This document shows, piece by piece, positions 39,681 through 52,433 of a DNA stretch of 64,000 nucleotides (position 1 is the first letter of the stretch; the number at the start of each line of letters is the position of its first letter). The notes below the pieces were generated by a model that saw only the letters and a program-made list of their open reading frames with translations, was not told the DNA's origin and made no database searches. The DNA is from Laetmonice hystrix (Eukaryota): contig OZ249441.1 of NCBI GenBank assembly GCA_965235115.1, forward strand, positions 26,350,001 to 26,414,000. The letters run 5' to 3'. Made by a program: the position numbers and the translations under genes.

Positions 39681-40329
39681 GCGGTGCTGCGGTTCTAGCA
39701 ATCTCCACACAATATAGTGCGTCCACTTAATCGCATTTTCCTTTTCTCTCGTTTGGATCAACGACACTGCAGGTGAACGCCAAGGCAGAGTGACAGAGAG
39801 TGAAGTATTGATCTCATTCTCGGGATTATTCACGGTTATTCGGCTGTGTGTCTGGCGCAGGAACACTCCAGCAGTAGAGGCGTGCTGGGGCCTGCCTTTG
39901 GAGCCAGTGCTGTAGGGTATCAGTGGCGTATTCAGAGCGGCTCAAGCGGCGGTCGTGCCAGGTCGTGTAAAGGATAGCGTGCTCTTAGCGGTGTTTGTAG
40001 CTGTTTACTACAAGCACCCGACTGAAGGATTTAAGTGGCACTCGTGTTCGCAAGCACAAAACTGACCGTCTCGACAACTACTTTGTCTACTGTTCACCGG
40101 ACAAAAACACACGGGCGGTTTGCTGGAACCGATTGGTTTCATAATAATATAGGCCTACATAACATACGACAGCAAAACAGTGACATGTGAAAGACGGAGA
40201 TCTGTTGTTATATGTGGTCGCCGCTCGCTGTTGGAATCCGCAGAAGTTGAGGCGACGTTTCAGGATCATAATATGCAGGTAGATAAAGACAAGTAAGCAT
40301 GGATCGATTGCACTGACTGTGAGTATACG

Positions 40330-42189
40330 ATGGGGCCAGGTAGGAGGGCGTGGTACGGGGCTGTGGTGGTGGCCCTGACCACAGTCCTCGGCCTCTGTGA
40401 CGGCTACGGCGACCTGAACCGGGGTCGGTGTGAACGCATCACTATCCCCATGTGCATGGATATGCGTTACAACATGACACGGATGCCCAACATGATCGGC
40501 CACACAAACCAGAAAGACGCAGCCATTCAGGTTCACGAGTTTATTCCGCTCGTTCAAATTGGCTGCTCGCCGCTGCTCAAGTTCTTCCTCTGCTCACTCT
40601 ACGCTCCCATGTGCACGGAGCAGGTGGACGAGGCGCTGGTGATCCCGGCTTGCAGGAGCATGTGTCTCCAGGTGAAAAGCAAGTGCGAACCGATCCTCAA
40701 AGGGTTTAACTTCGACTGGCCGACCATTCTGGACTGCAGCAACTTACCGGAGAAATCCGACCGCACCAACTTGTGCATGGAGGCGCCCCCGAACATGACG
40801 GAGGACATGGGCAAGGACAACATGGGCGGAATACCTGGAAACCCAACTATCAACCTCAACAATCTCTTTCCGTCGCTATTCCCGACGAGCACCCTGGCCG
40901 GCTCGACCACCGCGACCGCTAATCGCCACCCGTGTCCGGATAGGTTTGTGTACGTTGAGAAACTGCAGCGGACAGACACCTGTGCTCCGCTGTGTGACAT
41001 GGACGTGTACTTTCGGCGGGAGGACAAGAAGTTTGCCGAGATCTGGATGATAGTATGGTCAGCTTTATGTTTGGTGTCAACCCTCATGACCGTCCTCACC
41101 TTTCTCATTGACACATCCCGTTTCAAGTACCCCGAACGCCCTATTATATTCCTCTCCATGTGTTATGCTATATATTCCATCGCCTACCTCATCAGGGCCA
41201 TTGTCGGTCCTGGCACGATCTCATGCGACAAGGCCGCCAGTGGAAACACAGAGGTACGGTTCCTTATACAGGAAGGGCTGGAGAGCACCTGGTGCATCAT
41301 TGTGTTTTTAATATTGTATTTCTTTGGAATGGCCTCCTCCATATGGTGGGTCATTCTCACCTTGACCTGGTTCCTGGCGGCTGGCCGCAAGTGGGGCCAC
41401 GAGGCAATCGAGGCTTTGTCGTCGTACTTTCACCTGGCCGCCTGGGCGATCCCGGCAGTGAAAACTATCATCATATTGACGATGCGGAGAGTGGATGGGG
41501 AGGAAATCACCGGCATGTGTTATGTAGGCAACCAGGATAAGGTGGCTCTGACTGGCTTCGTGCTCGCTCCTCTCTTGGTCTACTTGCTAGCGGGTACGTT
41601 CTTCATCCTGGCCGGGTTCACGGCGCTGTTTCGGATACGAAACGACTTAAAACACGAGGGAACCAACATCCGTAAGTTAGAGAAACTGATGGCCAAGATA
41701 GGCGTGTTCTCTGTGTTGTACACGGTGCCAGCCACGTGTGTTATAGGGTGTTATTTCTATGAACAGATTAACCTAGCCCAATGGAAGGAGTTAGCCCGGA
41801 CTAACGGCTGTCGGATTATCCGGGAGGGAGATATGGCGGGTCAGAGGGACTGCTCCCTGCCCAGGTCCATCCCGACTGTAGAGGTTTACATGCTGAGGAT
41901 CTTTATGTCCCTTGTGGTCGGTATTACCAGTGGCATGTGGATCTGGTCGTCTAAAACTCTCAACTCGTGGTCGGCCTTCTTCTCCAGGACTCTCGGACGG
42001 AAGAAAGTCACGGCGCCGGCCTACCACATCGCCACCAATGGCAACACGCGCAAGCAAATTCAGTATCAAAAGTGCGCCACTAAGACTCCGCTGCCTGTTG
42101 CTAATATCGCCCCTGTTGCCACCCCCGCGGCTGGGGGTCAGGGGGTGACTGGGCAGACCCCCGGCCTGACGGTAGCGTCAAGGGTATGA
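40330..42189 (+). CDS. fz9/10: Frizzled receptor, Fz9/10 subfamily (single-exon, 619 aa, 7TM Wnt receptor)
   Basis: Uninterrupted 619-aa ORF. It has a hydrophobic signal peptide and a 10-Cys CRD (CERITIPMC...FFLCSLYAPMCTEQV...IPACRSMC...CEPIL..FNFDWP..LDC..LP...NLCMEAP). The Frizzled 7TM motifs are present (RFKYPERPIIFLSMCY, LYFFGMASSIWWVILTLTWFLAAGRKWGHEAIE, FHLAAWAIPAVKT, KLEKLMAKIGVFSVLYTVPATCVIGCYFYE, LVVGITSGMWIWS), followed by the KTxxxW Dishevelled-binding motif (KTLNSW) and a C-terminal S-x-V (ASRV). CTEQV, NLCMEAP, QEGLES and WGHEAIE match my recollection of FZD9/10 rather than Fz1/2/7, Fz4 or Fz5/8. Confidence 0.96.
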   Translation: MGPGRRAWYGAVVVALTTVLGLCDGYGDLNRGRCERITIPMCMDMRYNMTRMPNMIGHTNQKDAAIQVHEFIPLVQIGCSPLLKFFLCSLYAPMCTEQVDEALVIPACRSMCLQVKSKCEPILKGFNFDWPTILDCSNLPEKSDRTNLCMEAPPNMTEDMGKDNMGGIPGNPTINLNNLFPSLFPTSTLAGSTTATANRHPCPDRFVYVEKLQRTDTCAPLCDMDVYFRREDKKFAEIWMIVWSALCLVSTLMTVLTFLIDTSRFKYPERPIIFLSMCYAIYSIAYLIRAIVGPGTISCDKAASGNTEVRFLIQEGLESTWCIIVFLILYFFGMASSIWWVILTLTWFLAAGRKWGHEAIEALSSYFHLAAWAIPAVKTIIILTMRRVDGEEITGMCYVGNQDKVALTGFVLAPLLVYLLAGTFFILAGFTALFRIRNDLKHEGTNIRKLEKLMAKIGVFSVLYTVPATCVIGCYFYEQINLAQWKELARTNGCRIIREGDMAGQRDCSLPRSIPTVEVYMLRIFMSLVVGITSGMWIWSSKTLNSWSAFFSRTLGRKKVTAPAYHIATNGNTRKQIQYQKCATKTPLPVANIAPVATPAAGGQGVTGQTPGLTVASRV

Positions 42190-45100
42190 CATCAGGCTAC
42201 CGGTGGCCCAACTCCGGACGATCGACACAACACCTGCACTGTCGCCACCCTGTCGCCAGTGCAAAGCTACAGCGCTTACGTGGGCAAGAGACTTGCCAGA
42301 ATATCGTGAAGGATTTACTTGCGGGTCACAACGATTTACACCATAGAGCTTTTACGTACAGGAATTATTTTAGCTGAACTGTTCCTGCTTGTTGCAATGG
42401 CCTCATGATATTGCACCCAGTCGACTTCAATTTCATTTTGGTCTCCATGAAGCATTGAGTATTTTGTATAATAGGAAGTGGGCTATATAAAATGGTTGTC
42501 AGTGTTGGTGTGCACTAAGGTCAGCGTGCAAAGCTTTTCATGTATTTCAGACGTGTGTATAGTGTACTGTACATATATACAACCATTGACAGGAGACCAG
42601 GTCACAAGCCTATGCAAACATGACCCTAGCATGGACACGGTCAATATCTATAACACGGGAAAACTAAGCTACACCTTCACGGTGTGTTAGCATCCCTATA
42701 TAGGTTAGTGAATCCAAGATATAATTATTATTATTATGTATAGAGTACTAAGTCCCGATGTATATAATTATTGTATAATTTGAAAGTCGTGAATATTGCG
42801 TATGTACAATACTTCAAAAGGCGTTGTGTTTTCTCATTGAAACTTGTTAGATTTATTTTAATGTGATAACAAAGTACGACAAAATGTATATGTGCCCAAC
42901 TTAAGAAAATCGGTCACGTTCGCCTGCTTGTTGAGTCCTGTATTTTGCCGGTGATTTGACTGGGGACGAATCAGCCAAGTGGACCGTCTTCGAAATTACA
43001 TTCTTAACCGAAGTCAAGTGGAAGGCCCGTTTCCAACGCACATTCATCAGTCGGACTTAAAGCAGCTGATTCATTTCCCACAGTCATTGCTCCAGCTGTT
43101 TCCCGACTTTAAAGTTTTCTTTAAGGGGGCAAAAAACAGCGAGTGAGAGGCCCGACGCACCTTGAGCCCTGCGGGTATATACCCGGCCTTTATTGCTGCG
43201 GTGTTTTCAGTCGACTACGCCAGAAAATGGCGATACTCAGGGGTAATCCACTGTAACAAAAGCTGAAATTGCTGCCGAATCCCGGCTGGCTCCTTAACAC
43301 TTGGCAAGCCCTCCACAACCAGAAATCAGGGTAAAAGGCATTCTATTTTCGTATGCCAACGTTCCGGACCGCCTTTGGTATTTTGGCAGGCAGGTACGTT
43401 GGCCAGTACTTTTCCCCTTGGACATGCAGCTACTGTGGTTGTTGGGCGTATTGAATAATTTGCTCACGGTGTGAGTTAAGTTTGACTGGGCGCAGGTTGA
43501 CTGTTTTTGGCGGGATGTAGGTAGCGTTCTATGTGAAGGAAGGGAGGTCAGTGTAAGTGTTTACCCTGCCGCCGGCTGTGGTCTACCTGAGAGTTTAACT
43601 CGGTGTGCGCCGACCGTAAATCAGGCAACCCTATTGTATAGGATACAAACACGACCAGCAGGCCTGCCCCTTCTCAGTTGACAACTCAGGCGCGGACGAA
43701 ACAGATCCAATTTATTTGAACATTGATTGGTGGACCAGAGTGCCGTAGCCGCCAGTGTTCCGAATTCGGTCTGGGTTCCCTTCAGCTATATGTAACCCCC
43801 TCTCCCCCCTACACACACACTCACCCCCATGGCCGACATACCAAGTCATGTCAAAACATGGCAGCTCACACACATTGTACATCGCAAATGGGGGATTATA
43901 AACATAGCATGTAGAGCGTTTTCACCATTCTCTATAATATCCCGTGCTGCTCACTTCAGGACCATCGGCGTCGTGTCAAACACCCAACAGCGATAACTGC
44001 TATCGTTATACAACTACTGACGTGATAACAGACCTCTTGACAACATCTCAACACCTCAACGCAAACTTGTCAAAAATTCGGTCATGGAAACGCTCTCGGA
44101 CTGCAGCAGAGCATACATAGGCTATCGGATATTTCCAACAAGGGCCAGATTAGTAGGATTTAAGAGGTGTGTTATACGAGTTGTCTACTATATTGATATA
44201 TGTAGCCCTATATCAAGGAGAAAGGAAATCTATTTCCAAATTTGAATGTGTCTTTTGCTCTTTTGAAGTTTCTTTTTTTTTTGCTCCTGAGATCGTATAT
44301 TTCTAATGTAAACTAAGGTTGTCTGATTATTCTCAAAACTACTAATCCAGTGTATTTTTCACAGTGGTCTGCAGATGTAGATCCAATCCCTGCATAATCT
44401 ATCACTGATCTGCTATACGGACTCTGCATGTATATATAGCCTAGACAGTATATTCCACATCTTTAGACAGACCCGTTACCATGCAGCCCTTCATTCGTGC
44501 CACCCACTAACAGCACCATGACACTTTTGGTTCATCTGTCACCATAATGCGATTGGAGGGAATATTTTGCACCAGTTGACCCCTGCTGTCGTCTGTTCGC
44601 CCTCTGTGTCCGGTGGTTACCAAGACACGTCCATTACTGACAATCATCCGGCGTGTTTTAACTGTCTAACGGCGCGAAATCAACTGAGCTACCAAGGCAT
44701 GCAGCGTGCACTTTTCTATGTCAGCCGCTGTTGGCAATTACCGTCATTTTGGCAATGAATACCCATGCCATTAAACGGGAAAGAAGTGTATAACACCTTT
44801 CATTTTCATGTCACGTTGGGCCTCTTTTACTCATGGTGCCGAAGACATTTATGTTACCAGCACAGTAGGATATACACGTGCAATAATGAACATATTAAAA
44901 CTGACAGAGAGTGAACATTATATGGATGCCAATTTTCGCACCGTCGTATTACTTCAATGCATACCACTACTTGTAAGGATAATCATTTATATATTATTAG
45001 TAGTCTGATGATCGAGTAACACCTGTGCTTGCGCCCACGGCGCACCGATTACAGGCATAACGTCGCGGTAGTCGGTGACAAAACTGCGGAACGACGTCTC

Positions 45101-47350
45101 AAATGGCGCAGTTTGGACGTCAATGAAACATCAAGGCCACACCAACTGTCATCGTCCCAAAGTTGTTATGGCGTTTTACGCCGTCACTATAGAAGCGGCA
45201 GATACAAGGTTAGGACGCACATTATAGAGCGGATACCCCGAGTACCAATCGTTGGAGTGACCCCCAGCTTTCCTGCACGGAAAGACCCTTTTATAAATGT
45301 GTCGTGTTTTATGGAAAACGACCAGCTAGGTCTTACATCATGACAGCGTTTTATGGAGCAGCATTTTTCTGGTTCATTATATCTTCAGAGCGCTGTGAAG
45401 TCATCTATCTCTTCTAAGTATAATGCGCGGTATTTATCTTTGACAAGTGGAAAACGGCGCTTATACATATAAAAAAAAGAAGAGAAAAAGAAGTAGGGCT
45501 AACGCCCCACCTTTCAGTGGTAATACACATGGCCGTAGCGTTTTAAGTGCCTGAAGTACAATAAAATCTGCTTTAGAACTTCTGTCACATCATAAGCCAC
45601 GGACACATCTAGTGTAGACAGTCGCATAGACTGCGCTGTCGCTCGGAAGTTTATCGCTTGGGAGAGTGGGGCGAGGTTGTGTAAAACCTTGAGTCGAGAA
45701 AAAAGGGATACGAGAGTCTCAAAGGAGAGTGGGAATATTTAGGAGAAGTTACCACCGGTAATCTTTACCCCTCATGTGACTCTGATGGGACCAGTGGTTA
45801 TACAGCATGTCGCCTAACTGGGTATTTCTGTATGCAAAACGAAAGAAGTTTTTTCTTTAAAAAATCGACTGACTTTTCCGTCTTTACCCCTCGCTAAAAA
45901 TATTATATACCGATTGGCATACAAACAACCACTACATGTACCTTCAAATACCAACGCCTGGCCTCATACACTATATAAATTTATTTTGCGGTTTTTACAT
46001 TAAAATGGTTATAAGAACTGTTCCAGAATAAACAATGTGAGGACTTCTTTGCATGCTCACAACCACACTCTTGAAACAATCATACATCATTTAAAAAAAG
46101 ATATATTACCCTGTGACAGTTTCCTCACTGTCAAGATCACCAACATTGAGTCCTACTAAAATATTTTAATTCTATAATCTGGATGTTATCAGTTTCAGTC
46201 ATAATCTTCTATAAAAAAATAAGTCAGTCCTCACCGGATACGCGTTACAGTTGCAGAATTCGTGGCAGACCAAAGACAACGAAGATGGTTTTACACCATT
46301 TTTAAAATGGACGCACTTTTCCAGACGCCTCTTATCAAGAGCCAGGTATTCAAAGACCTATGATCCGTTTAGGTGATTCATATCGAAGAATACAATTTCT
46401 CACCCACAAGATCATGCACCAGCATTCAGAATCCTGTTATATCAGAGATGAAGCAATTTTAATAACCATACAGCAACATGTCTACGAAGTGAAAGAGGTT
46501 TTTAAAAGATTGGGATTATCCGAGTTGCGGAAGCGGTTGTTCCAGTTTTCTTCAAGGTAGACATGTCCATGTGTTGAGCACGTAAAGGAAGAACGCAATG
46601 GGAAGGTCGTGTGTATCAATACACACTGAGTGCATTCAGTGCATGTGTAACATTCTCCTAGACATGGTCACACACTTCTATGTGGAGGGGCGAGTGCACT
46701 CATACTAATTTGATGTGCTATCATGAACTACGACACGTTGACATCCTGTTAGACGTTTTGGCATGGTATGTTAATATAGACATACATTGTAGGAAATATC
46801 TTCTGCACTTACATATAACTCTGAACGCCTGTCTCTTGTCATGTTGCTGCCTGTATAGGAGAACAGTGGCATATGTAGGCATTGTATAATAGAATTAAGA
46901 GGGAGATGCAACCTTGCGTTTGTATAGCAAGAGATGGCAGTGATATTTAAAGCATGTAAAATGTTTCATGAAACGCCTACATAATGTGACATAGGGAGAA
47001 CTAGAAGGGGTGAAAGAATAAATAAGATGGTATTTCAAAGGACAGTGGCTTGCTTGTCAATCTGATCAAATCGTTAATGTGATAAACCATCCTAATGGAG
47101 AGGATGCGTTTAAAAACTGAAACTAGGAATAGGCATTTATAAAAGCAAGGTGCTTAGAACCAAGGACGTTAATATTTCAAAAGATAAAAGATAGTCAGTT
47201 CAAAGTTTTGTTACAAAATTCTTTTCTCTTCCCATTCAGACCAAAAAGGTCGAATATGATGTTACTGTGTTTGTTGGGTCCCTTTTACAACATTCTGTAG
47301 GCCCTCCATGTCACAAAAATTTGGCAGAGGGGATTAAGGGAGGAGCACAG

Positions 47351-47586
47351 CAGGCCCGAATCCATGAGGGGGGCAGCTGGGGGTGGGGGGATTTACAAAA
47401 CTGTAATTCGGGATTCGCGATAATTTTAATTTCGCACTTTTCGCGCAAAACGTTTTTGGGCAAAATTAAGACATCAGCGCCTACTAGTAGGCCTACATAG
47501 AGAGCACACACACAAACTTTTCTTTATCCCTCAGGGGTGCATGATCCCCCGCCCCCCCCCCCCCCCCCCCCCGAGATCCGGGCCTG
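47351..47586. mobile_element. MITE-like element with CAGGCCCG(G/A)ATC terminal inverted repeats
   Basis: CAGGCCCGAATC (47351-47362) vs the reverse complement of GATCCGGGCCTG (47575-47586) = 11/12 identical. A G-run lies inside the left end and a C-run inside the right end. No unambiguous TSD. Confidence 0.45.
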
Positions 47587-49635
47587 ACACAGGGGTTTCT
47601 GATTGTCCTGCATGCACCTATAGTCTCGATTATCTGCAGTTGTCGTTAGGGTTATAGATACCGTTATAATTAAACGTTGTCTCATCTGATTTGTCTGAGT
47701 AGTAGGCCTGCTGGTAGGCACATTGGGCCAGATCAGCACCAATGCAGTGTTATAGTGTTATAGGACGAAACATGCGCGGCCGAGGCATCTATAGGTCGAT
47801 TGGGTGCAGTCCCCAAACGACTACACCCGCTCCCTTTGAAGTGACGTGCCAAGATAAAACGTCTATCGATAGATAACGGTATCTAGGTGACCTACAATTT
47901 CTTTCAAATACTACTAATGAGTGCATATAAACGGCACGTGCTAATATTAAACGGTTTCCCCAACAGTTAGACATAAATTTACATATTTTACTGATGAATA
48001 AGGGAAGTGTAACAAACCATGATCATTTTTGGGAGTTGATTGAATATTAGTTACGATTATATATTTTGTTTTTAGATGGAAAGCCTGTTTACAAGTAGAA
48101 ATCCAATAATATGACATGCGATATTTTTTAAACTAAGGGTTCGATAGTAAATGGATCTGGGAAGCTTTCTTGACTGACAAAGAACCAACCCTATAGGCCA
48201 GAGCGTTTGAGAGAACAATTTGAGCCCCTTCCCATTTCGCTCCTTTTCCACGTGATTGTAGGCCCCCTGTCTGCGTCTACCGCTGGAGATGTATCAAATT
48301 AATTGGGCATGAAGTCACAATAATTTCAGTGCTAAGAGATGAGGACCATTCGACGGTGGTTGAACCCATACGTTGATCAGTGCGGGTAGGTGGGGGGGGG
48401 GGCCGTAGTTGATTTCGGGGACGGGGGCGTGAACTTGATTGGATCAAAATGTTGGTAAGCGGATCAGTTTAAGTGGACCAGAACCAACTCGTGTGGTCGC
48501 TCACGGTAACAAAGCAAATTCAACGCCACCTTGTGTACGACATAAACGGTTCTTATCATGACCCGGCCTGCTCGAGCCTCACACCAGCCTTTAACTTAAA
48601 GCTTCCCCATTTAAAAAGAAAAGAAAAACACCCCCGATGTTATGTGCGCCCCCTGACCTGACTGCTACCCGATACAGGTCTGTCAGGTAGGGGTATCGGT
48701 TGTCTGCTATGTGAAAAGGCAATTATCCGTTGATGAATGGCAGGAGCGTTGGGGTGGACTGCGGCATACCGCAACTTTTACACAGGTGTATGTCGATGTG
48801 AATAGAGTCAACTGGAAACCGAATAGAAGGCCCGTCCATCTCGGCGCGTGATATATACGCCTTGTTAACCATGATATATATCAACTGTGCACGGGGAACA
48901 AGGCAAGAAACACTGACATGAATTATCTACATGGTCTACAGACTTTGAAAACAGCTGGATCCATAAAAAGAAGTCTAGTCGTTTCTTCTCTGATGTTGTG
49001 TCTGTATATCGCAGTGCACGTTTCATGAATGCAGTATATTTTATACTTTGAAGTATATAGTAAATTTTGATTCAACGTTAAATCCATATAAAATCAGCAC
49101 GTTTCCTTTCTGAGTTTGATTGTTGAAGATAAAGAAGAAAAACTTATGAGCAAAATAAATAAATAGTACACGTTTCTTTAAAGTGTGGTCAGCAACACCC
49201 TTTAAAATCCAAATTGGTCGTTTTGTGCCCCTTGTATTTTTGTGGACCTGTGTCTGCATGGCCTGTTAAAGCGCTCAGACTATGTGATTGTTGATGACCG
49301 TACTGAAACCCTGGTTTGAAGCTAACCTACATCTAGAGTAACTTAAACAGGCAATTATTACAGAACCTTAAAGGAAATCAGTCCGAAAATTGAAATAAAC
49401 GCAGTCAATTCAACAAAACTTGAGTAAAAACAATTATTTTAAGGGGTTTCTAGCAGTCTGGTACCATGGCGCGTCAATATCGACAATATTTTAAATTAAT
49501 TAATTAAGCGTTTACCTATTTGGCTAGAGACGAGAGCACGCAAATTAAATCATGCCCTTATTTGGATTATGGGGGGAGGGCGGGCGCCGGGGAGGGGAGC
49601 AGTGCGAGGCAGCGCATGCGCGCTGTGCGATAGGG

Positions 49636-49674
49636 CCGCCACGACCGCCACGACCGCCACGACCGCCATGACCG
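49636..49674. repeat. 9-bp tandem repeat CCGCCACGA x4.3
   Basis: Directly visible, inside a CpG-rich island. Confidence 0.85.
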
Positions 49675-52048
49675 TTACTAACGTTAGGGCGGCAGTTCTC
49701 TAGGTTCTCAGTCCATTGAGATGAAAAATATGGGATGTATGGCTCATAATCAACAACAGACCTAGCACAACAATGTCATGATTACGACAGAATGTTTTAT
49801 CAGTCCAGTGGGATAGATTCAAGATCAGGTAAGCTTGAAATACGCGGATACGTAGGAGATGGGGACACCGCTTTCGGCGGCCCTAGGGTGATTGATTACC
49901 TTTAAGTGGTTGTTCTAATGTTAGTCCATGATGGCTGGACGACTGACTGTTCCATAACGAGTAGGCCTATACAAGTAATTGAGCGGTATTTTTGATATCG
50001 CATTCGTAATGTTCCTATACAAGAAAAATAATCTCTGAGTTTGTTAAAAGGTTTAGAAATATAGGACCAGTCAGTGACAAAAAATAACAAGAGTGGCACC
50101 TGAATTTACAATGTTAGGCTTATGCTTTTGTTAGGATCAAAAAATTGATATAATTCTGGGACGACATGCCAGAATAGTATGATCCTGGTTCATAAACAAC
50201 GCCATCCTTTTATTTCATGATGGTAAAGTTTCACAAAGATCGGAATAGAGTTAGCGAAATAAAATCAAAATTAAAGTGTATGGGTTTTGGGAGGGAGGTG
50301 GGTGTTTTTAAAAACCACCCTGTATGTATAGTGAGTCCTCTTCAGACAACCGCACCAGTATATAGCAATAGTGATAAGGCAATTCAGTCACGCTATATTT
50401 AACATGCATGAATCACGCGTGGGACTATACCAAATGTCTGCACCAGAGTGGAAGAACTGTGCTTTTTACACGATGGTTGTGCCATATTATGTGCGCATCA
50501 TGCAATTTTCATAATTGAATGAGAAAGTCATTGCTGTATAATGTTAAGCTTTCCCTTGTGAGAGTCCACCGCTGTTGAGACTACATGACGCAGATTCTAC
50601 AACCTGCAGCATCCATGATTTATTTGCCTCTCTATATTTCATTATTAGGTTTCTGAAGTATTCTTCTTTGAAAACAAGGAAGGTCATTTATTTTTTTTAG
50701 TCTAACCCCTCTCACTCTCTCTTCTTATTAACAGGATATTCACCTATGGCACCTAACCCATCGGCCGATGGGTCAGACTCAACGGCGGATCGACCAACGG
50801 GTCACCCATCGGCTGATGGGCAACCCGTTGACCGATCCACCAATGGGTCTGACCAGTCGGACCCATCGACTGATGGACCAGATCGACCGATGGCACATAT
50901 ACACATGTACGTGTAGTCAAGGCGCGAAGTGAAATATCCTTCAACGGAGCGATAGAAGTACTGGAGACTTGAATAATACGTTATTCGAGGGTGTCCATCG
51001 ATTTATAGATTTATATAAAGATCTGAGTATAGGCGTATACATTCATTTTTTATGAAGGTTGGGGTAGCTGACGGTAGTATATTTATTCAATTTAGAAACC
51101 GATAACTCCTTTCCTAAGTCCAATCTCTTGCGAAATTACAAACAGAAACAGAAACACCTCGAGGCACAGCGTCTTCTTTATGGACATTGAGACTGCAGCA
51201 TGTCAATTTATGGATTGGTAACGGCCAAACCCCCCAGGAGAATGCCTATAATTGGACGACGCCATATTGGAAAGGAAGTCGAGCGTAAGTGGGCTGCCTG
51301 TTATAGCCAAGGCTCCTGCACAAATGCCGGAATTACAATTATCGCGATTTATTTTGATAAAGTAGAACATCCCTCTGTAGTCCTTTTTTTTTTACTTCTA
51401 TTTTTTTGTTAATTTTTAAATGCATATTCTTAGCGGGGGAGGGTTTTGTATGAATGCACAGTTCAATAACTGCTCAATTATGCAACTACTGTCGATTTCA
51501 CGTGGATAATGCTCTGATCATGCTACCAACAAACTAAATAAAACATCTTTTCAGTTTTTATTTATTTTCCTGGTATCGAGTTCTTGCCAACGGGAGTGGC
51601 AGACTGCCTTCGATAACCAAACCAAAAAGGTCATGCCGTATACCTCATATATATTGCTTCACTTTTATTTAAAATTTTGTTTCCCTTTAATTCAACTCCA
51701 GCAACGCCCCCCCCCCCCACCACCACCACCTCCACCCCACGTGTCCGGATCGGGTTTTACTTCTGTTTTAACTAGATATGGATTAAGTGAGGTTAGATTG
51801 GGTAGTTTCGAACAAGAAGAAAGGTAGAAAAAACTGAAAGTTATTTTGGGATGAGAAAAGGGCGATAGTTGAAGCTCGACCGACTCTCACACATGGGAAA
51901 GTCGATCAATGATGATCTAAACACGGTACACGAGCAGCTCATCGATTGGTTCTGGGAGTGACGCCAACGTCATCTTTCTGACGTACATCAGCCCCGCTCA
52001 CACTAAACGTCAGAGAAACATTCTATCCATACATTATAACATTCCTAA

Positions 52049-52433
52049 AATGGACTTCTGGATCAGTAACAGCAATAGACTTCTAGATCAGTAACAGCAA
52101 TGGACTTCTGGATCAGTAACAGCATTGGACTTCTGGATCAGTAACAGCAATAGACTTCTGGATCAGTAACAGCAATGGACTTCTGGATCAGTAACAGCAA
52201 TAGACTTCTGGATCAGTAACAGCAATAGACTTGTAGATCAGTAACAGCAATAGACTTGTAGATCAGTAACAGCAATAGACTTCTGGATCAGTAACAGTAA
52301 TAGACTTGTAGATCAGTAACAGCAATAGACTTGTAGATCAGTAACAGCAATGGACTTCTGGATCAGTAACAGCAATGGACTTCTGGATCAGTAACAGCAA
52401 TGGACTTCTGGATCAGTAACAGCAATGGACTTC
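52049..52433. repeat. Minisatellite, 25-bp unit AATGGACTTCTGGATCAGTAACAGC, ~15 copies
   Basis: Directly visible tandem array. Internal copies carry an AATAGACTTGTAGATC variant. Confidence 0.97.

Noticed and set aside
40087-42148. ORFs overlapping fz9/10 in other frames or antisense (e.g. 40599-41159 minus)
   Set aside because: Shadow ORFs of a GC-rich coding sequence with no recognisable homology.
6690-47830. Scattered TCF/LEF 7-mers (e.g. 19715, 32761, 36248, 38057)
   Set aside because: Roughly twenty such matches are expected by chance in 64 kb, and no clear enrichment is visible.
50756-50878. CRISPR-like repeat-spacer-repeat look
   Set aside because: Only three diverged repeats, the 'spacers' are reverse complements of each other, there are no cas genes, and the context is eukaryotic. 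The minisatellites have no unique spacers either.
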